Assembly (NCBI GenBank): GCA_963725075.1
Contig: CAVRXA010000019.1
Location: 5,825-69,824 of the forward strand
Length of the DNA stretch: 64,000 nt
From: an uncultured Acidobacteriota bacterium
GTDB lineage: Bacteria; Actinomycetota; Acidimicrobiia; Spongiisociales; ZC4RG35
Direction: 5' to 3'
The notes under the pieces: model-generated
Database searches by the model: none
Told to the model about the DNA's origin: nothing
The model's input: only the letters and a program-made list of their open reading frames with translations
In this document: positions 1 through 9,256 of the stretch, piece by piece
How the letters are laid out: the number at the start of each line of letters is the position of its first letter
How positions within the stretch are numbered: the first letter of the stretch is position 1
Position numbers and translations under genes: made by a program

Positions 1-593
1 CCATCTCTCCGCCTGACCCTGGGGGAGAAGGTTGAGATGGCTGATCTTCGCCGCCGTGAAGAGATTGGCGGCGCCGTTGGGGCAGGCTGCCACGCAGGCT
101 CCGCAGCCGATGCACGCCGCGGCGTCGAAAGCGATGTCGGCGGCGGGCTTTGGAACCGGAATGAGGTTGGCGTCGGGGGCGGACCCGGTGTCGACCGTGA
201 TGTAGCCGCCGGCCTCGATGATGCGGTCGAACGAGCTGCGGTCGACCACCAGATCCTTCACGAGGGGAAACCCTGCCGCCCGCCATGGCTCGACGGTGAT
301 CGTCGATCCGCTCTCGAACTTGCGCATGTGGAGCTGGCAGGTTGCCGTGCCGAGCTGGGGGCCGTGGGCCTGACCGTCGATCATCACGCCACAGGCGCCG
401 CAGATGCCCTCACGGCAGTCGTGGTCGAAGGCGACCGGCTCTTCCCCCTGGTTGACCAGACGCTCGTTGAGGACATCGAGCATCTCGAGAAAGGACATCT
501 CCTCGGAGATCCCGGCCACCTCGTAGGTCTTGAACGACCCGGGCACGTCGGGGCCTTCCTGCCGCCAGATCTGGAGCGTCACGTTCACTTGTA
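1..593 (-). CDS. sdhB: Succinate dehydrogenase/fumarate reductase iron-sulfur subunit. Partial: the 3' end runs off the window start.
   Basis: The minus-strand frame was translated by hand from the GTG at 591-593: [24 protein letters not shown]...[15 protein letters not shown]...[15 protein letters not shown]. These are 2Fe-2S and 4Fe-4S cysteine clusters typical of SdhB. The start overlaps the sdhA stop. It is not in the ORF track because it is truncated by the window edge. Confidence 0.8.
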
Positions 594-2509
594 GCTCCGG
601 GTGCTCAGATTGATCGCTTCGAAGGTGAGTGGCTCCTTGTTCAGCTCCGGCTGGGCCGGATCGCCGGTCCACTCCCACACCGCAACGTGGGCGAAATCGT
701 CGTCCCAGCGCAGGGCCTCACCATCCTCGGTCTGGGACTCTTCACGGAAATGGCCGCCGCACGACTCCTCACGATGGAGAGCATCGAGACACATCGCCTG
801 GGCCAGCTCGAAGAAGTCCTCCACCCGACCTGCCCGCTCCAGGGTCTGATTGAGCCCGCCCGCCGTGCCCAGGATTCGCACGTCGCTCCTGAACTCTTCG
901 TACAGGGCAGGGATCTCGGACAACGCCTTGCTTAGCCCCGGCTCGCTCCGGGACATGCCGCAATACTCCAGCATGATCTTCCCCAGCTCCTTGTGGAACC
1001 AGTCGACAGTGCGGCTGCCCCTGGTCGACATGAACCGGTCGACCCGGTCACGGACCTCCTGGCCGGCATCTCCGAACGCTGGGTCGTCGGTGGGCACCGG
1101 CGGCTGGCCCAGGAAGCCGGCCAGATAGTCGCCGATGGTCGTCGGGAGGACGAAGTAGCCGTCCGCCAGCCCCTGCATCAACGCCGATGCCCCGAGCCGA
1201 TTGGCACCGTGGTCGGAGAAGTTGGCCTCGCCGATGGCGTAGAGCCCGGGAATCGTCGTCATGAGGTTGTAGTCGACCCAGAGCCCTCCCATGGTGTAGT
1301 GCGGGGCCGGATAGATGCGCATCGGCACCTCATAGGGATCCTCGTCGGTGATGCGTTGATACATCTCGAAGAGGTTGTCGTAGCGCTCCTGGATGACCTG
1401 GCGGCCCTCTCGCTCGATGGCGTCGTGGAAGTCGAGGATACACGCCGTTGCGGAGCGGGCCGACGCCTTTGCCCTCGTCGACGATTCGCTTGACCGCGCG
1501 CGATGCCACGTCCCTGGGGACCAGGTTGCCAAACGCGGGGTACATGCGCTCGAGGAAGTAGTCGCGCTCCTCTTTGGGGATCTGGGATGCCGGCCGATCG
1601 TCCCCGATTCGACTCGGGATCCAGATCCGCCCGTCATTTCGCAGCGACTCGGACATCAATGTCAGCTTCGACTGGAACTCGTCCGAAGCGGGGATGCAGG
1701 TCGGGTGGATCTGGGTGAAGGAAGGATTGGCGAAGCCGGCTCCTTTCCGGTGTGCTCTCCAGATTGCGCTGACGTTGCAGGCCATGGCATTCGTGGAGAG
1801 GAAGAAGACGTTGCTGTAGCCGCCGGTGGCAAGGACCACTGCGTGACCCGAATGGTTCGTGATGGCCCCGGAGATCAAGTCGCGGACGACGATGCCCACC
1901 GCCCTGCCTTCCTTGACCACGATGTCGAGCATCTCCGACCGGGTGTGAAGCTTCACCGTGCCCGCCGCCACCTGACGCGCCATCGCCTGGTACGCCCCGA
2001 GGAGGAGCTGCTGGCCCGTCTGGCCCCGGGCGTAGAACGTGCGTGCGACCTGCGCGCCCACCGAATGACCGGTTGTCGAGCAGCCCGCCGTACTCCCGGG
2101 CGAAGGGGACCCCCTGAGCGGTGGCCTGGTCGATGATGTTCAGCGACTCGTGGGCCAGGCGGTAGACGTTCGCCTCTCGGCTCCGGTAGTCGCCGCCTTT
2201 GACCGTGTCGTAGAAGAGCCGGTACACCGAATCGCCATCGTTTTTGTAGTTCTTGGCGGCGTTGATCCCGCCCTGGGCGGCAATGGAATGGGCCCGGCGC
2301 GGCGAGTCGTGGAAGGTGAAAACTTCGACGTCGTACCCGAGCTCGGCGAGGGAGGCCGCCGCCGACGCTCCGGCCAGCCCGGTGCCGACGATGAGGATCT
2401 TGAACTTGCGCTTGTTCGCCGGGTTCACCAGTCGGACCGAGAACTTGTGGTTGTCCCACTTGTCCTCGACTGGGCCGGGCGGCACCTTGGCGTCGAGTTG
2501 CAAGGTCAC
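585..2509 (-). pseudogene. sdhA: Succinate dehydrogenase flavoprotein subunit, split into three frames by two frameshifts (near 2045-2065 and near 1440-1500).
   Basis: Three overlapping minus-strand ORFs carry consecutive SdhA segments: 1634..2509 holds the FAD-binding N-terminus ([14 protein letters not shown]...AQGGINAA), 1330..2061 the middle (HPTCIP...[23 protein letters not shown]) and 585..1637 the C-terminus ([23 protein letters not shown]...[10 protein letters not shown]). The protein sequence continues across both frame junctions. Confidence 0.85.
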
Positions 2510-2513
2510 CTGC

Positions 2514-3242
2514 TCACCCCACGAACCCGAAATAGACGGCGAGGGGCATGATGGCGTTGCCGACGGTCACCAGGATGGCAAGACCGATGGCGAAGTAGCG
2601 GCGGACGGCATTGAACCGGGGATGGTTGATCCCGAGGCTCTGGAACATCGACCACGCCCCGTGATAGAGGTGGAACCCGAGCAACACCATGGCGATCACG
2701 TAGAAGGCGGTCACGGGGGCGCGGGAGAACGTGGCGATGAAGTTGGCGTACACCTCGCCCCGGGCCCAGGTCTCTGGTGCCATTGGCTGGATGCCCCACG
2801 TCAGGTCGGCGAGGTGGAACAGGAGGAAGGCGGCGAAGATCACTCCGCTCCAGCGCATGGTCCGGCTGGCGTAGTTGGCCGCGACGTAGGTACGCGGCCC
2901 GTGATAGTCCTCGGGTCGGGCTCGATGGTTCATCAGCGTCAGCGAGTAGGCGGCATGGATGTGGAGCAGGAAGGCAACGATCAACCCGGTGCGGAGGATC
3001 CACAGCGCCACGTGGGCGGGGAGGAAGGGGACGAGGAGCTCGCGCAGGGCCTCGGCATAGATGTCGATGTCCGGGATGCCGTCGACGTCGGGGAGGAAGA
3101 TCTTCCAGTTCCCGACCATGTGGGCCAGGACGAAAAGGATGATGCCGAGGCCGGTGAGCGCCATCACCCATTTCTTGCCGATCGCCGATCGATAGAAGCT
3201 GACCGGCCAGGGGGCTCTTCTCTCTTCGATCGTGGCGGACAC
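2514..3242 (-). CDS. sdhC: Succinate dehydrogenase cytochrome b membrane subunit
   Basis: 242-aa polytopic membrane protein with conserved His residues. It lies immediately upstream of sdhA in the same orientation, the classic sdhCAB order. Confidence 0.7.
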   Translation of the reverse strand: MSATIEERRAPWPVSFYRSAIGKKWVMALTGLGIILFVLAHMVGNWKIFLPDVDGIPDIDIYAEALRELLVPFLPAHVALWILRTGLIVAFLLHIHAAYSLTLMNHRARPEDYHGPRTYVAANYASRTMRWSGVIFAAFLLFHLADLTWGIQPMAPETWARGEVYANFIATFSRAPVTAFYVIAMVLLGFHLYHGAWSMFQSLGINHPRFNAVRRYFAIGLAILVTVGNAIMPLAVYFGFVG

Positions 3243-3316
3243 CGGGTCACCATTATGCCAAGTCTGCGCCTCGGGAGAATCACTCGGCGCGACAAGGAGA
3301 AATCCGCCACTCGGGG

Positions 3317-3362
3317 TTGACGGCGCGCGCCCCCGGTCTTAATGTCAAACGTGTAATTACAC
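3317..3362 (+). promoter_or_regulatory. Putative sigma-A-type promoter for whiB: -35 TTGACG (3317-3322), 17-nt spacer, -10 TAATGT (3340-3345). A perfect 12-bp palindrome GTGTAATTACAC follows at 3351-3362.
   Basis: Read directly from the intergenic sequence between the divergent sdhC and whiB genes. The palindrome sits between the -10 and the ribosome-binding site GAGGAG of whiB. Confidence 0.4.
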
Positions 3363-3379
3363 GGTTGTGAGGAGACCTG

Positions 3380-3655
3380 ATGCAGAGCAAGCTCATCCAA
3401 GCCTTGGCTGTAGGTGAGCTTTCCTGGCAGGACTACGCCAACTGCCGAGGCGCCGACGCCGACCTCTTCTTCCCCGAGCGGGGGGCTTCCACCCGCAAGG
3501 CGAAGTCGATATGCGCTGCCTGCGAGGTGCGGGCGGAATGTCTCGACTACGCCGTCGACATGGGCGAGAAATTCGGCATCTGGGGTGGTCTCAGCGAGCG
3601 CGAGCGACGTCGGGTCCGGCGCGAGCGAACCCAACAGGAACGCAAGGTCGGATAA
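3380..3655 (+). CDS. WhiB family (Wbl) transcriptional regulator
   Basis: 91 aa with four Cys in a C-Xn-C-X2-C-X5-C pattern (ANCRG...ICAACEVRAEC) and a GIWGG turn. A GAGGAG ribosome-binding site lies 7 nt upstream of the ATG. Confidence 0.85.
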   Translation: MQSKLIQALAVGELSWQDYANCRGADADLFFPERGASTRKAKSICAACEVRAECLDYAVDMGEKFGIWGGLSERERRRVRRERTQQERKVG

Positions 3656-3658
3656 GGC

Positions 3659-4120
3659 TCAGAGATAGAGACCGGTCTGGTCCTCGTTCTGCCCGGGGGG
3701 CGAGGGTGGGATCAATGCTCTCTTTTGCATCTCCTGCAACTGGGATTGGGCAGCCATTTGCTGGCTCCACAACGAGGCCTGAATCCCATGGAACAGACCC
3801 TCCAGCCAACCGATCAGCTGAGCCTGGGCGATTCGCAGCTCGGCTTCGGTCACTTCCCCGTCGAGAGGGACCATGATCTCGTCGAACTCGTCGAGAAGCT
3901 CGGGGGAGAGGACCTCGCGTAGCTCGTCGAGCGATCGGTCGTGCACGGCGGCGAGACGTTTCCGCCCGCCCTCATCGAGTGGCGCCTGACGCACCTCCTC
4001 GAGCATGGCCCGCGTCATCGACGCGATACGGATCAGCTTGGTGGGCTCGGAGACCGGTAGGTCCTTTCGCTCCTCTTCAGGCACCTGCTCGACCGCGTCC
4101 GGCTTCACCGCTTCATCCAT
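3659..4120 (-). CDS. Bacterial proteasome activator (Bpa/PafE)-like DUF2587 protein
   Basis: 153-aa helical protein ending in ...GLYL, a hydrophobic-Tyr-X C-terminus resembling the GQYL docking motif of mycobacterial Bpa. The family assignment comes from motif recall, not a search. Confidence 0.45.
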   Translation of the reverse strand: MDEAVKPDAVEQVPEEERKDLPVSEPTKLIRIASMTRAMLEEVRQAPLDEGGRKRLAAVHDRSLDELREVLSPELLDEFDEIMVPLDGEVTEAELRIAQAQLIGWLEGLFHGIQASLWSQQMAAQSQLQEMQKRALIPPSPPGQNEDQTGLYL

Positions 4121-4147
4121 GACTTCAGCCTAAAGGCAATACCTTCT

Positions 4148-4187
4148 GGCGCGGAGATCCCGACCTACAGGTCGGGATCTCCGCGCC
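4148..4187. terminator. Perfect 18-bp stem, 4-nt loop, GC-rich hairpin: GGCGCGGAGATCCCGACC-TACA-GGTCGGGATCTCCGCGCC
   Basis: Seen in the sequence. It lies 11 nt downstream of the stop of the minus-strand ABC permease gene, consistent with a factor-independent terminator of the ABC operon. Confidence 0.6.
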
Positions 4188-4198
4188 AAAACAGGTTT

Positions 4199-5194
4199 TC
4201 AGGCCCGGACCTCGTCCCGCATGAAGGCGATGTAGGCGGCGGCGAACATGACCGACGTGAGGGCCACCAGGATGGCGATCTGAGGCCATACCACGGCGAG
4301 GCTCTGGGTCAGATTGAGCTCGGAGACGATGGCCCTGTCGACTTGCTCGACGGTGACCAGTCCCACGGTGCGCACCTCGGGGTCGAGGAGCACGCTCGAG
4401 ACATTCTGGAACAGGGTTACCGGCGAGAGCTGGGACACGGTCTGTGCCGTTTGCTGGTAGGCAATTTCCGCCGCATCCGACCCATCTCTGGGGCTGAGCA
4501 CGCTGGCGATGGCTCCGAAGATGAAGGACCCGAAAAGGGTCAGGACGAGCCAGACGCCGAGCGGGATCATCGCCGAGGTCGAGGCACGCTTCGCCGTGAC
4601 CGAGCACAAAGTCGCCAGTGCCTGCCAGAACCCCACGTAGATGATGGTGAAGATCAGCCACACGGCCAGACGCGAGATCTCGGTCGGAGTGGGCACCACG
4701 CCGAGCCTGAGGATCCCGATCCCGGATACGAACAGGACGAGGGCGGTGAGCATGATCGAGACCACGGTCAGCCCGGCCACGAACTTGCCCAGGATCACCT
4801 CGTCACGATGGATCGGCTGGGAGAGCAGCCGGGGCAGCGTCCCCTGGGAGCGCTCTCCGCTGACCGCATCGAACCCGAACATGATCCCGAGAAGTGGGGC
4901 GAGGAATCCCACGAACACGATCAGGGGGAACGGAACTGGGTCAGCGGTAACGGTAAAGAGCTTGAGGAACAGGGCCGTGATCCCCTGGGCGTTGGGGGCG
5001 ACGTCACGGATCCCGCCCGAGGCGGCGAACACTGCGGCGGCGGTGGCGATGCCAAGCACCCCCATCAACACCACGAATCGTCCGGACAGCAGGTGGTCGG
5101 CGATCTCCTTCCTCGCCACGGCCCGCCATCCTCCAACCCGCGAGGATTCGTCGGCGGGGACCTCCTCGGCCACGACTTCGGCGTCGGTGGTCAT
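4199..5194 (-). CDS. ABC-2 type transporter permease
   Basis: About six TM segments and ABC-2 family-like sequence. The start ATG at 5192-5194 overlaps the TGA of the upstream ATPase as ATGA. The ORF track extends to 5353, but that N-terminal part is R/G-rich junk. Confidence 0.7.
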   Translation of the reverse strand: MTTDAEVVAEEVPADESSRVGGWRAVARKEIADHLLSGRFVVLMGVLGIATAAAVFAASGGIRDVAPNAQGITALFLKLFTVTADPVPFPLIVFVGFLAPLLGIMFGFDAVSGERSQGTLPRLLSQPIHRDEVILGKFVAGLTVVSIMLTALVLFVSGIGILRLGVVPTPTEISRLAVWLIFTIIYVGFWQALATLCSVTAKRASTSAMIPLGVWLVLTLFGSFIFGAIASVLSPRDGSDAAEIAYQQTAQTVSQLSPVTLFQNVSSVLLDPEVRTVGLVTVEQVDRAIVSELNLTQSLAVVWPQIAILVALTSVMFAAAYIAFMRDEVRA

Positions 5195-6147
5195 ACCGGA
5201 ACCTCCTCCTCCTCTTCCTCGATCTCGAAGTAGCGGCGATAGATGGACTCGAGATCCTCGTCGAGACGGTGGACACCGATGACGTCGGCGCCCTTCGAGA
5301 CGAGACCGCTCACGGTCGGAGCCAGCGAGCCCGACTCGAGGTCGGCCACCCATGATCCGGGCGCCCGGCCCGGGGTGACGCCGCTCACGGTCCCGAGCGA
5401 CTCCAGGTCGGCGCGGCCCTTGGTCGGATCACCACCGAGACGGAACTCGACCCTGATGTTGCCACTCTTGTCAACGGCAGCGAGCTCGTGTGGTGTCCCT
5501 TGGGCGACGACCTTTCCCCTGACGAAGATCGCCACCCGATCGCACACCGTCTGGACCTGGTGGAGGAGATGGCTGGCGAGGAGCACCGTTACCCCCTCGT
5601 CCTTGGCGAGCCGCTGGATCAGGGCGAGCATCTCCACCACACCCTCGGGGTCGATGGCGGTGGTGGGCTCGTCGAGGATCAGCACCGAAGGACCTTTGAC
5701 CAGGGCGTCGGCGACCCCGAGACGCTGCTTCATCCCTCGCGAGTACTCGCCGGCCGGTTGGTCGGCCGCCTCGCCGAGGCCGACCAGCTCGAGCAGCGAG
5801 CCGATCAGGTCCTCATAGTCGTCGAGCCCGTTGAGCCGTGCCGTGAACCTGAGGTTCTCCCGCCCGGTCATCGGGTCGTAGAAACCAACCGCGTCGGGCA
5901 GATAGCCCACCTTCCTCTTGACCTCGATCGGGTTCCATCTCGGGTCGAGCCCAAGGACCTCGATCTTGCCCTTGGTCGGCTCGATGAGGCCGAGCAGCAT
6001 GAGGATGGTCGTGGTCTTCCCGGCGCCGTTAGGCCCGAGCAACCCGAACACCTCCCCGGCCTCGATGTCGAGGTCGAGTCGGTCGACCACAGTGTGCTCG
6101 CCGTAGGTCTTGGTCAGCTTCCGGCTGCGAATGGTCGAACTGGCCAT
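5191..6147 (-). CDS. ABC transporter ATP-binding protein
   Basis: Walker A GPNGAGKTT, ABC signature YSRGMKQRL and Walker B ILILDEPT are present. Confidence 0.85.
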   Translation of the reverse strand: MASSTIRSRKLTKTYGEHTVVDRLDLDIEAGEVFGLLGPNGAGKTTTILMLLGLIEPTKGKIEVLGLDPRWNPIEVKRKVGYLPDAVGFYDPMTGRENLRFTARLNGLDDYEDLIGSLLELVGLGEAADQPAGEYSRGMKQRLGVADALVKGPSVLILDEPTTAIDPEGVVEMLALIQRLAKDEGVTVLLASHLLHQVQTVCDRVAIFVRGKVVAQGTPHELAAVDKSGNIRVEFRLGGDPTKGRADLESLGTVSGVTPGRAPGSWVADLESGSLAPTVSGLVSKGADVIGVHRLDEDLESIYRRYFEIEEEEEEVPV

Positions 6148-6148
6148 G

Positions 6149-7373
6149 TCAGCGACGGCCGAAGCGCCGGAAGACCCAGGCGAGCCCGGCCAGAGTGAGG
6201 GCGATCACCGCGATGCCAACGAACCCCCACACCGCCGAGGGGTTGACCGTGGTGCGGATCTCCATCTCTGCGGGATCGACCTCCTCTTGCGTAGCGCTGA
6301 ACGTGATCACGTAGTCGCCGGCTACAGCCTCCTCAGAAGGCGTGATGGTCGCGGTTACCGGGGTCGACTCGCCGGGGCCGACCGATACCGTCTCGTTGTC
6401 GAAGACGACTTCCCACCCGCTCGGGGGCGTGACCCCCATGGTCACCCCTTCCAGCGGCGCGGTCCCGGTGTTGGTGAGGAGGATCTGGAAGTCGCTCGAG
6501 CTGCCCACAGTGACCTCGGCATTGAGGCGCTGGTCCGGAGTCGACATCTCTAGGGCGAACGATCCGACCACCTCCACGATCATCTCGGTCTCCACCGTCG
6601 TGCCGGGGGCGGTAGCCACGAGCGTGACCGGATATTGGGCTGCCTCGGCCTGGAAGGGCGGGGTGACTGCGACGTTGATCGTCTCGGTGCCGCCGGCCTC
6701 GACGAGGACGGTGGATGCCTGGGCCTGACCGGAGAGCTCAGCGGTGATATCCCAGCCGGCAGGCGCAGTGGGGCTCAGCTCGAACTCGAGATCGGCAGGG
6801 GTGCCGTTGTTCAGCTCCACGTTGAAGGTGGCAGCCTCGCCGGCCGGCGTGCGTAGACCGGGGAAGTTGGGGGTGAGCGTGACCTCGCCACCGGCCTGGG
6901 CCGAGACTCTGACCGCGATGGGGAGGGAAACCGAGCCACCACCACCGGAGGCGGTGATGGTCATCGGGAACTCGCCCTTCGGTCACACTGGTCGGGACGG
7001 TGACATCGAATGTGAGCTCGGGCTCGAGACCGGGACCTGCGGTCACCGAGTCGACCTCGAAGCCGCCACCGCGGAACGCCGCGGTCCAGTCTTCCGGGAC
7101 CCCCTCCACTGCGAGAGCGACCGCGACCGGGGCGGGGGCGGCGACGGTCAAAGCGAAGCTGACCTGGTCCCCGGGCTCTACTGCGACCGACGGGAACGGG
7201 GTGCTGACGGTCAGAGCGGTGACGGGGAGCGTGGTAGGCGTCTCCTCCTCCGTCTGCGCTAGAGCCGCAGGGGCCAGAGCCAGCGTGGACACCACGGCCA
7301 ACGCCACCAGCAATTGCCTCTTCGACACCAAGGTGATCAGAGCTCCTTCTTCATCGGTTTTGGGCACAAACAC
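6149..7373 (-). pseudogene. Secreted NEW3-domain surface protein associated with the ABC transporter (signal peptide, C-terminal TM anchor). Frameshift near 6965-6990.
   Basis: ORF 6738..7373 carries the signal peptide (KRQLLVALAVVSTLALAPAALAQ) and first repeats. It continues without homology loss in ORF 6149..6964, which ends with a TM anchor (WGFVGIAVIALTLAGLAWVF). The junction was read by hand at ...TEGRVP/MTITASGGG. The stop is adjacent to the ATPase start, so it is one operon. Confidence 0.55.
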
Positions 7374-7433
7374 TCGATCGTGACCGCAGAGACCCTAAAT
7401 CGATGATAAATCCATTGAGAAAACGGTGGGCCG

Positions 7434-8312
7434 CTACTGCTCGGCCATCTGGGACAGCCGCTCGCGGCTGATCCGCACCTGAACCCCCAGTTGGTGATCC
7501 GCCCCGCCGTGATAGACGCCGCGCAACGGCATGACGTCCTGGTAGTCCCGGCCGTGCCCGATCTTCACGTGAAGCTCGCCGACGGGTTGGGCGTTGGTCG
7601 GGTCGAGGCCCCACCATCCGTATCCCGGTACGAAGACCTCGATCCAGGCATGGGTCTGCACGCTGAGCTCGGGCTCGTCCGGCGCCACCGCCGAGGTCTG
7701 CTCGACGGCGTACAGGTAGCCCGACACGTACCGGGCCGGGATGCCGATGCTGCGATACATGGCGATGCCGAGATGGGCGAAGTCCTGGCAGACCCCTTTG
7801 CCCTGTGACATCACATCCGCCACATCGACCCCCACGTAGGTGGCGCCCGGCACGTAGTCGAGAGTGGACGTGACCTTGTCGGAGACAGCCGTGGCGACGT
7901 CTACCACCTCGACCGCGCCGCCCACGGCCTCCCGGGCCGCCTCTTCGATCGGCCCGTCCCAGATGGCGTGGGGTGAGGGGCGGAGAAAGCTCGACAGCTC
8001 CCCACGCACCGACTCGAGCGCCTCGATCGAGGCCTCGCTCGACGGGCTCGAAAGGGTGGTTGTCTCGACGGTCGACTCGGCCATGATCCGGAGAGCCCGG
8101 TGGGGCTCGACGATCCCGAATTCGTCGACTCGCGTTCCCCAGTAGTCGGTGTAGGAGTGGACCTGGGCCGTCGGGGTGACCTCGACCCGATACGTTGCCA
8201 ACTGCTGGTGGTCGTCGTTGGCGGGACATGCCCGGAGGAGGTTGTGCGATTCCCAGGCCGGTTCCCCGTAGGTGAATTCGTTCAGATAGCGGATCTCGAG
8301 CCTCATGCCCAC
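7434..8312 (-). CDS. Transglutaminase-like family protein (bacterial transglutaminase-like N-terminal region plus transglutaminase core)
   Basis: 292 aa with a GVCQDFAH...Cys-His-Asp transglutaminase core. It is the third gene of the conserved ATP-grasp / alpha-E / transglutaminase triad. Confidence 0.75.
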   Translation of the reverse strand: MGMRLEIRYLNEFTYGEPAWESHNLLRACPANDDHQQLATYRVEVTPTAQVHSYTDYWGTRVDEFGIVEPHRALRIMAESTVETTTLSSPSSEASIEALESVRGELSSFLRPSPHAIWDGPIEEAAREAVGGAVEVVDVATAVSDKVTSTLDYVPGATYVGVDVADVMSQGKGVCQDFAHLGIAMYRSIGIPARYVSGYLYAVEQTSAVAPDEPELSVQTHAWIEVFVPGYGWWGLDPTNAQPVGELHVKIGHGRDYQDVMPLRGVYHGGADHQLGVQVRISRERLSQMAEQ

Positions 8313-9256
8313 CTCTGGAAGTGCAGCTGCAGATCGGTGCCGGCCCGGAAGAAGTGAGCCTCCACTTCGTCGGAGACCTCGTAGATCTCCCGCTGCAACT
8401 CCTCGAGGAATGGGTCGAGCCGCCCGTCGACGATGGTGGGGATGTCGGTGAACTCGGCATGTGCCCGCACCCGGCCCACCGCTCGCTCCATGCTGGTCTG
8501 CTGGCTCGAACCGGCGAGCCGGTCGATCAGACGTTCCACCTGTTGCAGGCAGTAGAGGACGCTGCGAGGGAACTCCTGGTCGTGCAGCAGGAACTGGAGG
8601 ACATCGGTCGGGTCGAGGGAGGCGTCGTGCGCCTTGAGATAGGCCTCGTAGGCGGAGACCGACTTGAGCACCGATACCCAGGCGTGAAACCCGGATTGAC
8701 CATCGCCTCCGGCGAGCCGGGCATAGCGAACGGAGAGAAGCCGGCAGGTCATCTCAGCGCGCTCGAGAAGGAGGCCGAGCAGCATGAATCGGTAGCCCTC
8801 GTCCCGGGGCATGGTCTGGGCGGCGACGCCGCTGATCAGCTGGCACCTGCTCTTGATGCTCCGGAACACCTCGTAGGCCCGCCGGTCGAGGTCGAGATGG
8901 AAGTCGGCGCGGGCCAGATCGAGATGGAAGACATTGATCGCCTCCCACAACTCGGTGGAGATCCGATCCCGCAGGCCGCGGGCGTTGTCACGGGCCCGCT
9001 CCACCGCCGAGATGATCGAGCCGGGGTTGGTGCGATCGGCGACCAGATAACTGCTGACCGCGCTGCTCTCCAACGGGCCGGTATAGAGGGCATTCACGTA
9101 GAGGACCTCGAGCAGCTCGCCCCAGGTGGTTTCTGCCCCGTCACCGGGGGATTCGAGAAGGTTGTGATAGGTCACATCGAGCATGCGGGCTGTGTCTTCG
9201 GCCCGCTCGACATAGCGGCCGACCCAGAAGAGGTCTTCAGCGTGTCGTGACAGCAT
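8303..9256 (-). CDS. Alpha-E domain (DUF403) protein
   Basis: Starts MLSRHAEDLFWVGRYVERAEDTARMLDV, the typical DUF403 N-terminus. The upstream part of ORF 8303..10447 is out-of-frame junk. Confidence 0.75.
   Translation of the reverse strand: MLSRHAEDLFWVGRYVERAEDTARMLDVTYHNLLESPGDGAETTWGELLEVLYVNALYTGPLESSAVSSYLVADRTNPGSIISAVERARDNARGLRDRISTELWEAINVFHLDLARADFHLDLDRRAYEVFRSIKSRCQLISGVAAQTMPRDEGYRFMLLGLLLERAEMTCRLLSVRYARLAGGDGQSGFHAWVSVLKSVSAYEAYLKAHDASLDPTDVLQFLLHDQEFPRSVLYCLQQVERLIDRLAGSSQQTSMERAVGRVRAHAEFTDIPTIVDGRLDPFLEELQREIYEVSDEVEAHFFRAGTDLQLHFQRWA

Noticed and set aside
37-594. 185-aa plus-strand ORF at the window start
   Set aside because: It is antisense to the hand-translated sdhB frame, which has unmistakable Fe-S cysteine clusters. 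Its composition is R/G/A-rich, typical of a high-GC shadow ORF.
3340-3362. Possible CRP/FNR-type site at the whiB promoter
   Set aside because: The palindrome GTGTAATTACAC does not fit TGTGA-N6-TCACA, so it is reported as an unknown operator instead.
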